51,264 nt of DNA from Candidatus Angelobacter sp. (GCA_035940535.1 DASZEU010000238.1:1-51264), one strand, 5' to 3'. Counted from the first letter of the stretch, positions 18,423 through 28,707 are shown. Notes: generated by a model not told the origin, from the sequence alone. Numbers and translations: made by a program.

Positions 18423-18836
18423 CTACTTCGCCACATCTTCCGGAGAAGCTTTGGTGGCGTGCCACGCTACCACCTGCCACTGTCCGCTACGTTTCAGGAA
18501 TGTTCCAGTGTTGCGGAAGCAGGCGGTCTCGCGCCGGCCATCATCTTCGTCATCCATAACCATACGAAAATTCACCACTACCATGCCCTCATAAGGATGA
18601 ACCGTAATGTCTTCTGCCCTGTAAGTCGCCTTCGATCCGGTCTCTGCATGAGCGCCTATCGTCTTCATCACTGCAGCCTTGTCCATGGTTACGCCTGCAG
18701 AACTGGTATAGATCACGTCATCGGCAAAAAATCTTTCAAAGACTTCTTTGTCGCCTTGCGCCACAGCCGCAAGAAAATCCCGCAGCAGCATCAAGACCGC
18801 CCTCATGGCCGTCACGTCGTTGCGGTTTCTTAACAT
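18423..18836 (-). CDS. DUF4440/SnoaL-like (NTF2-fold) protein, cytoplasmic paralog
   Basis: FLAAVAQGDKEVFERFFADDVIYTSSAGV...FLKRSGQWQVVAWHAT. Roughly 60% identical by eye to the upstream paralog. No signal peptide. Confidence 0.8.
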   Translation of the reverse strand: MLRNRNDVTAMRAVLMLLRDFLAAVAQGDKEVFERFFADDVIYTSSAGVTMDKAAVMKTIGAHAETGSKATYRAEDITVHPYEGMVVVNFRMVMDDEDDGRRETACFRNTGTFLKRSGQWQVVAWHATKASPEDVAK

Positions 18837-18854
18837 GAGCAGTTTGGAGTTGCA

Positions 18855-19346
18855 TCATTTTATCGCTTTCGCGTCCTCGGGCGGCGCCTTGGTTGACTGC
18901 CAAGCCACCACCTGCCACTTCCCGTTGCGCTTAAGAAATGTTCCTGTATTGCGATTGTAAGTGGTCTCCCTCTGGCCTTTGTTTTCGCTGTGGATCACCA
19001 GGCGGAAATTGACAACCGCCATGTCGCCATAAGGATGAACGGTAATGTTATCGGCCGCAAAAGTTGTGGCCGGTTCATTCGCAGCCCGAACGCCAACATT
19101 CTTGATAATCTCGGCTTTGTTGACGGTTACACCGGCGGAACGCGTGTAGATCACGTCATCAGCAAAAAAATCTTCAAAAACCTGCTTGTCGCCTCGGGGT
19201 ACTGCCGCCAGGAAGTCCTGCAACCGTTTGGTTAAGTCGCGGGTCACTTGGTCATGATTGGATGCACAGGAGGTCGTGAACGCCAACACCAACATCAACG
19301 CTGTCGAACGGACCGAATGCAATCGGATTGATTTGGCCGTATGCAT
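18855..19346 (-). CDS. DUF4440/SnoaL-like (NTF2-fold) protein with lipoprotein-type signal peptide
   Basis: Signal peptide ending LAFTTSC. Then FLAAVPRGDKQVFEDFFADDVIYTRSAGV...FLKRNGKWQVVAWQST. SD ggagg upstream. Confidence 0.8.
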   Translation of the reverse strand: MHTAKSIRLHSVRSTALMLVLAFTTSCASNHDQVTRDLTKRLQDFLAAVPRGDKQVFEDFFADDVIYTRSAGVTVNKAEIIKNVGVRAANEPATTFAADNITVHPYGDMAVVNFRLVIHSENKGQRETTYNRNTGTFLKRNGKWQVVAWQSTKAPPEDAKAIK

Positions 19347-19369
19347 TACTACCTCCGGATTGCTGTTTT

Positions 19370-19537
19370 TTATGCCGCTCCAACTTCCTGAATCAAGAGC
19401 TTCAAATTGGGATCGGCAGCCGTTGCCTGCTGAATGAATTGTTGCGCCGATTCCAATGTGTAGAGTCCGGGCAAAGCAATCAAATTGACCACATGACTCA
19501 AGCCTTCTGCCACCTTTACCACCAGATATTGTTTCAC
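19370..19537 (-). CDS. Possible small ORF (55 aa), below the track cutoff
   Basis: GTG 19537 preceded by gaggtg 6 nt upstream. Encodes MKQYLVVKVAEGLSHVVNLIALPGLYTLESAQQFIQQATAADPNLKLLIQEVGAA. No homology assessed. Confidence 0.3.
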   Translation of the reverse strand: MKQYLVVKVAEGLSHVVNLIALPGLYTLESAQQFIQQATAADPNLKLLIQEVGAA

Positions 19538-19560
19538 CGCTGTCACCTCATTTGCTCAAA

Positions 19561-19578
19561 GGGCGGCTACCGCCGCCC
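19561..19578 (-). terminator. Hairpin downstream of dnaK (terminator or attenuator)
   Basis: gggcggc-tacc-gccgccc, a 7-bp GC stem. On the minus strand it is followed by tttgag (weak U tract). Confidence 0.4.
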
Positions 19579-19634
19579 TCGGAGTCCTTCTCCTTTGAAC
19601 TCAAAATACCCTCTGATGTTGCGCTAAACCGCAA

Positions 19635-21581
19635 TCAGTTTTTAGGTTCCACGTCCACGTACTCGGCGTCAATTACGCCTTCGTCCTTTTTCTTTTGCTC
19701 GCCCGCGCCCGCAGCGCCGTTGCCCGATCCACCAGGGGCGGCCTGTGGCCCAGCGCCGTCGGCTGGCGGAGCGGTTTGGGCTTGGGCTTTGTACATGGCC
19801 TCCGCGAGCTTGTGAGAGGCGCTGGTGAGCCGTTCGAGAGCCGACTTCATGGCGCTGGCATCCGAGCCTTCCAGGGCTTTCTTGGCTTCCGCCACTGCGG
19901 ACTCCACGTTGTCCTTGTCTGATCCGGAAATCTTATCGCCATGCTCGCGCAGCATCTTCTCCACGTTGTAAACCATGCTGTCAAGCTGGTTGCGGGCCTC
20001 GATCTCCTCGCGCTTGGATTTGTCTTCCGCGGCGTGGGCCTCGGCTTCCTTGGCCATGCGCTCCACCTCTTCCTTGCTCAAACCGGACGAAGAGGTAATG
20101 GTGATCTTTTGGTCCTTGCCCGTGCCCCGGTCCTTCGCGGTCACGTTGAGGATGCCGTTTGCATCGATATCGAACGTGACTTCGATTTGTGGGATGCCCC
20201 GAGGAGCTGGTGGAATGCCGCTCAGATGGAACTTGCCCAGAGTGCGATTGTCTTTCGCCATGGGCCGCTCCCCTTGCAGCACGTGAACCTCGACGGAAGG
20301 CTGGTTGTCAGCCGCGGTCGAGAACACCTCGGTTTTCCGCGTCGGGATCGTCGTATTGCGCGGAATCATCGAAGTGGCGACGCCACCCAAGGTCTCAATC
20401 GAGAGCGTGAGCGGGGTCACATCGAGCAGGAGCAGATCTTTTACATCGCCCGCCAGCACGCCCGCCTGGACGGCTGCGCCGATGGCCACAACTTCGTCAG
20501 GATTCACGCCCTTGTGAGGTTCCTTGCCAAACAGGTCCTTTACGACCTGCTGGATGCGAGGCATGCGAGTCTGACCACCGACCAGCACTACCTCATCGAT
20601 GTCCTTGGGCGTAACACCAGCGTCTTTCATCGCTTGTTTACAGGGATCCAGAGAACGCTGGATGATGTCTTCGATCATCTGCTCCAACTTCGCCCGAGTC
20701 AGCTTCTTTACCAAATGCTTTGGTCCGGTGGCATCTGCGGTGATGAAGGGCAGGTTGATCTCCGTCTCCATGGTGGTAGAAAGCTCGATCTTGGCTTTCT
20801 CAGCCGCATCGCGCAAGCGCTGTAACGCCATTTCGTTGCCCTTAGAGCGCAAATCGAGTCCTTCATCTTTCTTGAACTCTTCGACCAACCACTCGACAAT
20901 GCGTTGATCAATATTGTCGCCGCCCAAGTGAGTATCACCATTGGTGGACTTCACCTCAATAACGCCCTCGCCCACTTCCAGGATGGAGATGTCGAAGGTA
21001 CCACCACCAAAGTCGTACACGGCGATGGTCTCGTCTTTCTTTTTGTCCAAACCGTAAGCGAGCGCGGCGGCCGTAGGCTCGTTGACGATACGCTTTACAT
21101 CAAGGCCGGCAATCTTACCGGCGTCTTTGGTCGCTTGGCGCTGCGCATCATTGAAATAGGCCGGGACAGTAATGACTGCCTCAGTCACAGTCTGGCCAAG
21201 ATGATCTTCCGCAGCCTTCTTGAGTTTTTGAAGAATCAATGCGGAAATCTGGGGCGGCGTATATTCGGCGCCTTGCGCCACTACCGCCACATGGTCGCCC
21301 TGACGAACAACCTTGTAGGGAACCATCTTCATCTCATCGTTAACTTCTTCGTAACGGCGGCCCATGAAGCGCTTGATTGAATAGATTGTGTTTTCGGGGT
21401 TGGTAATTGCCTGCCGTTTGGCGACTTGGCCGACCAGGCGCTCTCCAGATTTAGTGAAGGCAACCACCGATGGGGTCGTCCGGCCACCTTCCTCATTTGC
21501 GATGACCTTGGGTTCTCCACCTTCCATCACGGCCACCACGGAGTTCGTGGTTCCCAAGTCAATTCCAATAATTTTGCCCAT
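19635..21581 (-). CDS. dnaK: Chaperone DnaK (Hsp70)
   Basis: Canonical Hsp70 signatures ([28 protein letters not shown]). Confidence 0.98.
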   Translation of the reverse strand: MGKIIGIDLGTTNSVVAVMEGGEPKVIANEEGGRTTPSVVAFTKSGERLVGQVAKRQAITNPENTIYSIKRFMGRRYEEVNDEMKMVPYKVVRQGDHVAVVAQGAEYTPPQISALILQKLKKAAEDHLGQTVTEAVITVPAYFNDAQRQATKDAGKIAGLDVKRIVNEPTAAALAYGLDKKKDETIAVYDFGGGTFDISILEVGEGVIEVKSTNGDTHLGGDNIDQRIVEWLVEEFKKDEGLDLRSKGNEMALQRLRDAAEKAKIELSTTMETEINLPFITADATGPKHLVKKLTRAKLEQMIEDIIQRSLDPCKQAMKDAGVTPKDIDEVVLVGGQTRMPRIQQVVKDLFGKEPHKGVNPDEVVAIGAAVQAGVLAGDVKDLLLLDVTPLTLSIETLGGVATSMIPRNTTIPTRKTEVFSTAADNQPSVEVHVLQGERPMAKDNRTLGKFHLSGIPPAPRGIPQIEVTFDIDANGILNVTAKDRGTGKDQKITITSSSGLSKEEVERMAKEAEAHAAEDKSKREEIEARNQLDSMVYNVEKMLREHGDKISGSDKDNVESAVAEAKKALEGSDASAMKSALERLTSASHKLAEAMYKAQAQTAPPADGAGPQAAPGGSGNGAAGAGEQKKKDEGVIDAEYVDVEPKN

Positions 21582-21645
21582 GGCTTATTGCCCTCCTAGC
21601 TATAAGTGCTTAGAGATTTTCGAGATACGCTCTAACAACAACCGT

Positions 21646-21675
21646 ATTATGCGAGTTGAGTCGGTTATTGTCAAG
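21646..21675 (-). promoter_or_regulatory. dnaK promoter with embedded HspR operator (HAIR-like)
   Basis: The minus strand reads CTTGACA-ataaccg-ACTCAAC (21675-21655), 11/14 matches to CTTGAGT-N7-ACTCAAG. TTGACA (21674-21669), 17 nt, CATAAT (21651-21646). Lies 64 nt before the dnaK ATG. Confidence 0.6.
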
Positions 21676-21980
21676 TTGTTAGATGGAGGAAAAGTGAAAG
21701 AGGTTGCAGAATCTGTAAACCTTCAGAAATAAATAACTTAGGACCAATAACTTTGAGAACAAAGCGGTCCAGCCCGGGGTGATTTTCTTAGCATTCAGCA
21801 GGTCAGCACAGCAAAATTCTGATGGAATGTGACGCTTTATTGCTAACCTACTGCTATTTTCTTCTTGGTTTCAGTCTTGGAAGATTTGATGGATTCGCGG
21901 AAAAGGCTTTTAACCAATTGCTCCACCCGCTCGTTATCTAATCTTTTCGAAGGAAAAAAGAGAAATTGGGTGCAGTCAGA

Positions 21981-22715
21981 TCAGTCGTAGCGTTCGTAAA
22001 TGACGCTCTTTTTCTCGAATCCCAGATCTTTGAGCAGTTCCCGGTTGGCTTTGACCATGTTGTTCAGGCCGCAGATATAAGCATTCAATTGAGTGCGCCT
22101 CTCAGGAGGCAGGGCCTCCACGATGGCGCGAACGTGTTCTTGCACATAACCGCGAGGCCCCTGCCACGAATCGTTGGGGCGGCTTAAGGTCGCCACGTAG
22201 TGGAAGTTCGGATATTGCGCCCCGACTTGCACAAAAAGATCGCGATAAAAAATAGCTTCTTCGTGGCGAGTTCCAAAGACGAGCCAAAACTCGTGTCCTT
22301 GCGATCGCTCCGCGTTAGCGAACAACCATTGGATGAAACCGCGAATGGGCGCAACCCCGGTACCGGTGCAGATAAAAATGGCGTCCGTCAGCGGGTCCCG
22401 CAAGGTGAACATCCCGTGGGGACCGTGAAAATGGATGATCTCTCCTTCTTTTATGTCGCACAGCAGGTTGGAAAAGAAACCGTCATCCACCCGATTCAGG
22501 CACAAGTCGAAACGGTTCGCATTATAGGGGGCTGAGGCAATGGAGTAAGCGCGCGTGATCTCCCGGCCTTCTTTCGGCGCTACCAGCGAGAGAAACTGTC
22601 CGGGAATGAAATCGAAGCGGTCCACCTGCTGGACGGCAAACTCCAGGTGCCGTGTCTGCTCTGAAAGCTGAACGGCGCGCATCAGTTGAGCGGTGTGTAT
22701 CTTCCGTTCGGGCAC
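21981..22715 (-). CDS. Ferredoxin-NADP reductase-like FAD/NAD(P)-binding oxidoreductase
   Basis: RAYSIAS flavin motif. GTGVAP NAD(P) motif. C-terminal YICG...YERY. The start is either GTG 22715 or ATG 22682. Confidence 0.85.
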   Translation of the reverse strand: MPERKIHTAQLMRAVQLSEQTRHLEFAVQQVDRFDFIPGQFLSLVAPKEGREITRAYSIASAPYNANRFDLCLNRVDDGFFSNLLCDIKEGEIIHFHGPHGMFTLRDPLTDAIFICTGTGVAPIRGFIQWLFANAERSQGHEFWLVFGTRHEEAIFYRDLFVQVGAQYPNFHYVATLSRPNDSWQGPRGYVQEHVRAIVEALPPERRTQLNAYICGLNNMVKANRELLKDLGFEKKSVIYERYD

Positions 22716-22809
22716 GGGGATGCAAACAGTTGCTCTTGGGAAATTTTGAACGAATCAGTATAGCTGCTCAGCACTCCCGGAGAGGCAACACCTCCTACCT
22801 TGGCAGTGT

Positions 22810-24702
22810 TTATTCCACGGTCACTGATTTGGCCAGGTTACGGGGCTGGTCCACATCGCAGCCGCGCCGGACGGCCATGTGATAGGCCAGCAATTGCAGC
22901 GGCACAATTTCCAGGATGGGCAGAAGAAGCTCGGTGGTCTGGGGCACGTAGAGCACCTGGTCGGCAGCGTCTTTGATCTCTTCATCTCCCTCGATGGCGA
23001 CGGCTATTACTTTGCCGGAGCGCGCCTTGACCTCTTTCATATTCGAAATGGTCTTTTCATAGCGCAAAACCGAATCTGGATCATTGGGATCTTTCGTAGC
23101 AAGAACTACCACCGGAAGGTTTTCATCAATCAGGGCATTGGGGCCATGTTTCATCTCGCCAGCAGGATAGCCTTCAGCATGGATATACGAGACTTCTTTG
23201 AGCTTGAGCGCGCCTTCCAGGGCAATCGGGTAGTGAATCCCACGGCCCAGGAAGAGAAAATCCTGTGCGCCGATGTACCTCTTAGCGAGTTCATCGCATT
23301 CCTTTTCGCGGGTGAGCAAAGATTCCAGTTTGCCGGGAATCTTGGCCAGCTCTCTCACGTATTCTTTGCCGCGCTCCGGGGTTATCTCTCCGCGCAGCTC
23401 TCCCAGATACAAAGCCAAAAGGAAGAGCGCCGTTAACTGGGAGGTGAAAGCCTTGGTGGAGGCCACGCCGATCTCCGGCCCGGCATGGGTATAAAGTGTG
23501 CCCGCCGCTTCGCGGGCGATCATGGCGCCCACCACGTTGCAGATAGCAAGCGTCTTGGAGCCTTTGTCTTTGGCCTCGCGTTGCGCCGCAATGGTGTCGG
23601 CGGTCTCGCCGGATTGGGTAATTAAAACCGCAAGATCCCGGCTCGAAGTAATGGGATTCCGATAGCGATATTCGCTGGCGTAGTCCACTTCCACCGGAAT
23701 GCGGGCCATCCGCTCGATCATGAATTTACCGGCCAGCCCCGCATGCCAGCTTGTGCCGCACGCCACGATGTTGATTTTCTGGGTCTGGAGAAGGTCGTCT
23801 TCGCTAATATTCATCTTCTCCAGAAAAACTTTGCCTGAATCAAGCGAGATGCGGCCCAGAGCGGTCTCGCGGACTGCGGTGGGCTGCTCATGAATCTCCT
23901 TGAGCATGAAGTGCTTGAATCCGCCCTTTTCCACCATGATCGGATCCCAGGAGATATGCTGCACCTCCCGCGCCATCGACTTGCCATGAAAATCCGTCAC
24001 CTGCACGCCTGCGGGTGTAATCACCGCCAGATCACCGTCATGGAGGAAAAACAAATCCCGTGTATGGGGAAGCAGGGCGGGCACATCGGAGGCTACAAAA
24101 TACTCGCCATGTCCCAAACCGATAACCAGAGGCGGTCCATTGCGCGAGGCCACAATCTTGTCGGGCTCTTCGACGGAGATCACGGCCAGGGCAAACACAC
24201 CAGACAGCTCTTTTACAGTCTGGCGGACAGCATCTTCCAACTTCGGACTGTTTCCGTTACCCTGCTGGAGCAGATGTTTTTCCACTAAGTGGGCGATGAT
24301 TTCAGTGTCGGTCTCTGTGGAAAATATGTGGCCTTCCTCGGTCAGTTTTTTCTTCAAAGAGAGATAATTTTCAACGATGCCGTTGTGGACGACTACAATC
24401 TTCCCGGTGCAATCGCGGTGGGGGTGGGCGTTTTCCTCACTCGGCCGTCCGTGGGTGGCCCAGCGCGTGTGGCCTATTCCATAAGTGCCATCCAGCGGTT
24501 TAAGACGGATGACCTCTTCCAGGTTCCGCAGCTTGCCTTCGGCCCGGCGTATTTGCAGGCTCTCCTGCTGCCCATGTCCGTTGCCATTGCCCGCAACGGC
24601 AATGCCGGCAGAATCGTACCCGCGATACTCAAGACGCCGCAACCCATCAATGATTACCGGGACGACGCGTTTTTTGCCAACGTAACCAACGATTCCGCAC
24701 AT
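22810..24702 (-). CDS. glmS: Glutamine--fructose-6-phosphate aminotransferase
   Basis: N-terminal MCGIVGY. Two SIS domains. C-terminal LAKSVTVE. Confidence 0.97.
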   Translation of the reverse strand: MCGIVGYVGKKRVVPVIIDGLRRLEYRGYDSAGIAVAGNGNGHGQQESLQIRRAEGKLRNLEEVIRLKPLDGTYGIGHTRWATHGRPSEENAHPHRDCTGKIVVVHNGIVENYLSLKKKLTEEGHIFSTETDTEIIAHLVEKHLLQQGNGNSPKLEDAVRQTVKELSGVFALAVISVEEPDKIVASRNGPPLVIGLGHGEYFVASDVPALLPHTRDLFFLHDGDLAVITPAGVQVTDFHGKSMAREVQHISWDPIMVEKGGFKHFMLKEIHEQPTAVRETALGRISLDSGKVFLEKMNISEDDLLQTQKINIVACGTSWHAGLAGKFMIERMARIPVEVDYASEYRYRNPITSSRDLAVLITQSGETADTIAAQREAKDKGSKTLAICNVVGAMIAREAAGTLYTHAGPEIGVASTKAFTSQLTALFLLALYLGELRGEITPERGKEYVRELAKIPGKLESLLTREKECDELAKRYIGAQDFLFLGRGIHYPIALEGALKLKEVSYIHAEGYPAGEMKHGPNALIDENLPVVVLATKDPNDPDSVLRYEKTISNMKEVKARSGKVIAVAIEGDEEIKDAADQVLYVPQTTELLLPILEIVPLQLLAYHMAVRRGCDVDQPRNLAKSVTVE

Positions 24703-24764
24703 GATGATGTTCTACTGGATGATTATTCCCGAATCAGAGTTGCCGAAAAAGCTAAATAAGACAA

Positions 24765-25010
24765 CTATTCTTCCAGCCGATAGCTGAACTCTTCAATCAC
24801 AGGGTTGGTCAGCACTTCACGAGCAATCCGCTCAACCTCGGCCTTGGCAGCGTCTTTTTCGAGGACGCCATCAAGCTGAAGCTCAAAAAATTTTCCCTGA
24901 CGGACCTCAGCCACGCCTTTGTAACCCATCTTTTTGAGAGCGCCATGGATAGTCTTGCCTTGCGGATCAAGGACAGTTGTCTTCAACATCACGGTGACTT
25001 GGGCTTTCAT
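24765..25010 (-). CDS. purS: Phosphoribosylformylglycinamidine synthase subunit PurS
   Basis: 81 aa starting MKAQVTVMLKTTVLDPQGKTI...NPVIEEFSYRLEE. The track ORF extends upstream artefactually. Confidence 0.9.
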   Translation of the reverse strand: MKAQVTVMLKTTVLDPQGKTIHGALKKMGYKGVAEVRQGKFFELQLDGVLEKDAAKAEVERIAREVLTNPVIEEFSYRLEE

Positions 25011-25103
25011 GGATTGAATAGGATTATACCGTGAACAGCGCACGTGCCGAATGAACCAATAAGTGACGTCCATTGTGGTTGAAATGTTAGCTAAGATGAT
25101 TAG

Positions 25104-26057
25104 CTAAATCAATTCGAATCTCAACTCTCCCAGCTTCTCCACGCTGCACGCTACTTTGTCGCCCGGCTTCAGCCACACCTGTTTGTCTTTGGGGTGACCC
25201 AGGATCACGCCTTCAGGAGTGCCGGTAAAGATGATGTCGCCGGGCTTCAGCGTAATGTATCGAGAGATGTAGCTGATGACTTTCGAAGTGTTGAAAATGA
25301 AATCGCTGGTGCTGGAGGACTGACGGGTTTCACCATTAACGCGGCATTCGATCTTCAGGTTATCGGGATCGATTTGGTCGGCCGTAACCAGATAAGGCCC
25401 AATCGGCGCGAAGTGATCGGGAGTCTTGCCCAGCATCCACTGGCCGCCGGTCTCCAGTTGCAATTCCCTGGCGCTAAAGTCATTGCCGGTCGAATAGCCT
25501 GCTACGTAAGAAAGGGCATTTGCCTCGCTCACGTTCCTCGCTTCTCGGCCCATTACGATTACCAGTTCAACTTCGTAATCAAACTTGCTTGCAATTTCGA
25601 CTGGCAGCCTGAGCTGCTTATTGTGAGGATGCAAAGCGTTATTGAACTTGCTGAAGAGTACCGGCTGCTTGGGGATGGGCACGCCGATCTCCTCGGCATG
25701 ATGACGATAGTTCAAACCCACACAAACGATCTTTTCCGGACGCGTCACCACCGGCCCAAACTCAACCGTCCCTTCATCGAGGAAGGCGCTTTGCGCAGAG
25801 CCAGACTGAAGAGCCGCATCCACCACGACATTGAGGCTAGCGCCATCCTGGTGCTGGAGCAGATCATCCATAGTTTCCGGCGCGGGGATATGCAGCAGCT
25901 TGGAAGCCTCCGTAACATCCAGAATGCCCCGCGCAGTCTTCACACCTAGCCGATATTCTCTGTCCCGGCGCATGGTCAAGAGCGTCAAACCACGAGCCAA
26001 CTCGCGCTCCTGTTTGCGTTCCGGCTGGGCCTGAACTGACGATGTAACAGCCACCAA
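25104..26057 (-). CDS. Fumarylacetoacetate hydrolase (FAH) family protein
   Basis: VGLNYRHHAEE...YEVELVIVMG...GTPEGV pattern. Confidence 0.9.
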   Translation of the reverse strand: MVAVTSSVQAQPERKQERELARGLTLLTMRRDREYRLGVKTARGILDVTEASKLLHIPAPETMDDLLQHQDGASLNVVVDAALQSGSAQSAFLDEGTVEFGPVVTRPEKIVCVGLNYRHHAEEIGVPIPKQPVLFSKFNNALHPHNKQLRLPVEIASKFDYEVELVIVMGREARNVSEANALSYVAGYSTGNDFSARELQLETGGQWMLGKTPDHFAPIGPYLVTADQIDPDNLKIECRVNGETRQSSSTSDFIFNTSKVISYISRYITLKPGDIIFTGTPEGVILGHPKDKQVWLKPGDKVACSVEKLGELRFELI

Positions 26058-26119
26058 TGTTCCCTTTCAGACCTCTACTAAGGTCTGGTCTCGTATTCTT
26101 GGCTATCCGTTGCGCGCGG

Positions 26120-26623
26120 CTATTTCGGGGCGGGCGAATTCAAAGCGTCCGCGCCAGCTTTGGCGCATTGGCCGTCTTGTTCACTGGAGCCCCCGGAAAG
26201 ACCGATGCCGCCCACGATCTTGCCACCCATCAATATGGGAAGGCCGCCTTCAACCGGAACCGCTCCTTCGATGCCAAGAATACGCAGTCCGGCGCCGCCG
26301 GCTGCCAGCGCATCCTGGAATGCCTTGGTCGGCCGCTTAAATCGCGCCGCCGAGCGGGCCTTGCTGATAGATACGTCGGCGCTCCCGTTTTGGGTGTTGT
26401 CCATCTTCTCGTAATAAATAAGGACACCAGCCGGATCAACAATCGCTACGGCCATCGTCCAATTGTTTTTGCGGGCTTCCGCAATGGCCTGGGCAGCCGC
26501 TTTCTTGGCGTCCTCAAGACTGATCGTCGGACCATAAGCAGGAGGACCCTGCGCAGCCGCCGTGGCCAGCGCACACAGCGCAAATATCGCGGGCAATATG
26601 AATTTCAGAGATTGGGGGGACAT
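26120..26623 (-). CDS. Secreted GlcG/HbpS-like (DUF336) haem-binding-type protein
   Basis: Signal peptide. DAKKAAAQAIAEARKNNWTMAVAIVDPAG...GGIGLSGG pattern. ATG 26623 has SD aggag. The upstream part of the track ORF is rejected. Confidence 0.85.
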   Translation of the reverse strand: MSPQSLKFILPAIFALCALATAAAQGPPAYGPTISLEDAKKAAAQAIAEARKNNWTMAVAIVDPAGVLIYYEKMDNTQNGSADVSISKARSAARFKRPTKAFQDALAAGGAGLRILGIEGAVPVEGGLPILMGGKIVGGIGLSGGSSEQDGQCAKAGADALNSPAPK

Positions 26624-26730
26624 GATAGCTCCTCTGTTCGTTCGGTATGACACCAGAGTTCCTGCACGAAAAACGCGCGCAGGAACGTGGCAACGGAGTC
26701 TAAGCGGCCTGCAATCACGTGTCAAGGCTG

Positions 26731-26770
26731 GTCGTGAGAGACTGTCGTGAGAGACTGGTCGTGACACACC
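26731..26770. repeat. 13-bp tandem repeat (about 3 copies)
   Basis: gtcgtgagagact at 26731-26743 and 26744-26756, then gtcgtgacacacc at 26758-26770. Confidence 0.6.
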
Positions 26771-26901
26771 GATTGTGGTAGCCAGAACGCATTCATGAGC
26801 TTCAGGAGTTCAACCGCGACGACCTGTTTGTGCTCGTTTATTGCGATGCTCGTCTTTTGATATAGTGCTATCCTTAAATGAAGACAAGATGAGGTAGAAC
26901 T

Positions 26902-27141
26902 ATGCCAGCCCTCGATTGGTCACAATGTCCTGGGGTAGAAAGTGACCCTGATAAGCTGGGTGGTGCCTATTGCTTCCGCGGAACCAGGGTTCCAATTTCC
27001 ACCGTTTTCGAAAATCTTGTTGCCGGTGCAACCATTGACAACATTGTCGAATGGTTCCAAGGTATCACTCCGCAGCAGGTGAAGACCGTGCTCGATTTTG
27101 CCGCTTGTAGCTCACGGCCAAAGGCAAACGCGCATCAATAA
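26902..27141 (+). CDS. DUF433 domain protein (antitoxin-like)
   Basis: DPDKLGGAYCFRGTRVPISTVFENLVAGATIDNIVEWFQGITPQQV is the DUF433 pattern. SD gaggtag. Confidence 0.8.
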   Translation: MPALDWSQCPGVESDPDKLGGAYCFRGTRVPISTVFENLVAGATIDNIVEWFQGITPQQVKTVLDFAACSSRPKANAHQ

Positions 27142-27190
27142 ATGCAGTTATTGCTTTATCGACATTCCATCTTCACGGTAATAATCAGAC

Positions 27191-27910
27191 CTACGCTCCC
27201 GCGGACACCGGCATGTCTGAAATTACACCTTTGGGAATATGGTAACGCTGAGTACGTGGAAGCCTGCCTAGCAATCCAAGAGCAAGAAATGCTCCGGCCA
27301 CAATCAGGAACGTAGCCAGCCGGAGATGGTCCAGACTTGGGCCAGACAATTTGAAATAGCGGCCCATGCGCCACATGGCCCAGCCAGCGAGTTGGGTTGG
27401 CACGACCATCCATACGGTCACATAGAACCAGGCTTTCTCGGCGCCTTCACCGCGGGTGGAGCGGCGCGCGCGCGGCGTGACATCGAGAAGTGTGGCGATC
27501 ACAATCCCAGCGGCCAGTACGTAATAAAGCCGGGCAAACAGATCATTGATCATCCATTTGCCGGTAAAGAAGTTGATCAGCAAGCCAACCAGATTGATGG
27601 TGAAGGGCACAAGCAGGGCGATCCAGGCAGTGGTGTAGCAGACCACACGATACCAAAGATTAGGCTTGTCTTCGCCGTAATGCGTAATGTAGGGGCGAGG
27701 TTCTACCCCCGGCAGCCGTCCGGCGAATCCTCGCCAGGCACAGACTGCTGTAACAATAGCGAGCCAGATCCAATGGCGGCGATCGGGACCATGAGCGTAC
27801 AAATCGGCGGTCAAGTTTCCGGGCAAAACCCAAAACGCCCAAATCCATATAGGAACGTGCAGCACCCGATAGTAGTTTTTGTTCCGCTCACGTTCGACGA
27901 CTTTTTTCAT
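27191..27910 (-). CDS. Polytopic membrane protein of unknown function
   Basis: 239 aa with about 6 hydrophobic segments. Lies 29 nt downstream of the LytTR regulator gene on the same strand. Confidence 0.7.
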   Translation of the reverse strand: MKKVVERERNKNYYRVLHVPIWIWAFWVLPGNLTADLYAHGPDRRHWIWLAIVTAVCAWRGFAGRLPGVEPRPYITHYGEDKPNLWYRVVCYTTAWIALLVPFTINLVGLLINFFTGKWMINDLFARLYYVLAAGIVIATLLDVTPRARRSTRGEGAEKAWFYVTVWMVVPTQLAGWAMWRMGRYFKLSGPSLDHLRLATFLIVAGAFLALGLLGRLPRTQRYHIPKGVISDMPVSAGA

Positions 27911-27939
27911 GCGCCCAATCTCCGGTCGTTATTCTAATT

Positions 27940-28707
27940 CTATCTTTGCTGATCCAAGAGTGCCCTCAGCCGCGCATAGCCAGCACGGCTGACTGGCAGT
28001 CGCGTACCGTCGGAAAGGACCACGACATGGCTATCTTTGCCGTAGGGCTCCAGCCTGGCCACCCGCTCGAAATTAACGATGCAGGAGCGGTGGATTCTCA
28101 GAAAGTTTTTCGGATCAAGGCTGGCCTCCAGGCTGGAGATAGTCTGCTGCTTCAAATGCTTCTTGCCCTGGCTGGCGAGAGAAACATAGTCGTCTTGGGC
28201 CTCGGCGTAGTCCAGCTTGGCAACAGGAATGATCTGTACGCGCGTCCCATCTTTTACTACGATGCGCTCGGCATACTGTCCAGGCTCGCGGGCTGCGGCC
28301 ACAAATTCACCAGGATTGGGTAATCTCTCCTCTCCCAGCCGCCGCTTTACCCGCTCCAGCGCAGCTTCGAAACGTTCGGCGGCAAAGGGCTTCAGGAGGT
28401 AATCCACCGCGTGTACTTCAAAAGCGCGTAGCGCGTGCTGATCGTAGGCAGTAGTAAAGATAATGGCCATATCCGTACCGATTAGTTCCAAGACCTCAAA
28501 GCCGTCGAGCTTAGGCATCTGGATATCGAGGAATAGCAGCTCTGGTTTCAATTCGGGAACCATCTTCACAGCTTCAAATCCGTTGGCGCACTCGCCGGCG
28601 ATCTCAATCTCGGGATGCGCCTTGAGCATTTCGCGCAGGATTTGCCGGGCCAATTCCTCGTCTTCCACAATCACGGCACGGATTTTCTTTTCGTTTTCCA
28701 AGCTCAT
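27940..28707 (-). CDS. LytR/AlgR-family response regulator (REC + LytTR)
   Basis: REC (AVIVEDEE...LLFLDIQMP...YLLKPF). LytTR C-terminus (FLRIHRSCIVN). Confidence 0.93.
   Translation of the reverse strand: MSLENEKKIRAVIVEDEELARQILREMLKAHPEIEIAGECANGFEAVKMVPELKPELLFLDIQMPKLDGFEVLELIGTDMAIIFTTAYDQHALRAFEVHAVDYLLKPFAAERFEAALERVKRRLGEERLPNPGEFVAAAREPGQYAERIVVKDGTRVQIIPVAKLDYAEAQDDYVSLASQGKKHLKQQTISSLEASLDPKNFLRIHRSCIVNFERVARLEPYGKDSHVVVLSDGTRLPVSRAGYARLRALLDQQR

Noticed and set aside
19941-20825. 294-aa plus-strand ORF, and other ORFs across 19695-21732
   Set aside because: They are antisense shadow frames of dnaK.
21601-21640. CIRCE (HrcA operator) in the dnaK leader
   Set aside because: agtgcttagag...ctctaac only loosely resembles TTAGCACTC-N9-GAGTGCTAA. 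The inverted repeat present is TTAGAG-N14-CTCTAA. The locus carries hspR and a HAIR-like site instead.
24703-24764. glmS ribozyme upstream of glmS
   Set aside because: Only 62 nt separate the purS stop from the glmS start, which is too short for the ribozyme. No conserved core was seen.
26770-26900. Fragmentary frame ERIHELQEFNRDDLFVLVYCDARLLI upstream of the DUF433 gene
   Set aside because: It looks protein-like, but it has no start codon after the preceding in-frame TAG and spans only ~27 codons. It may be a gene remnant, which cannot be supported from the sequence alone.
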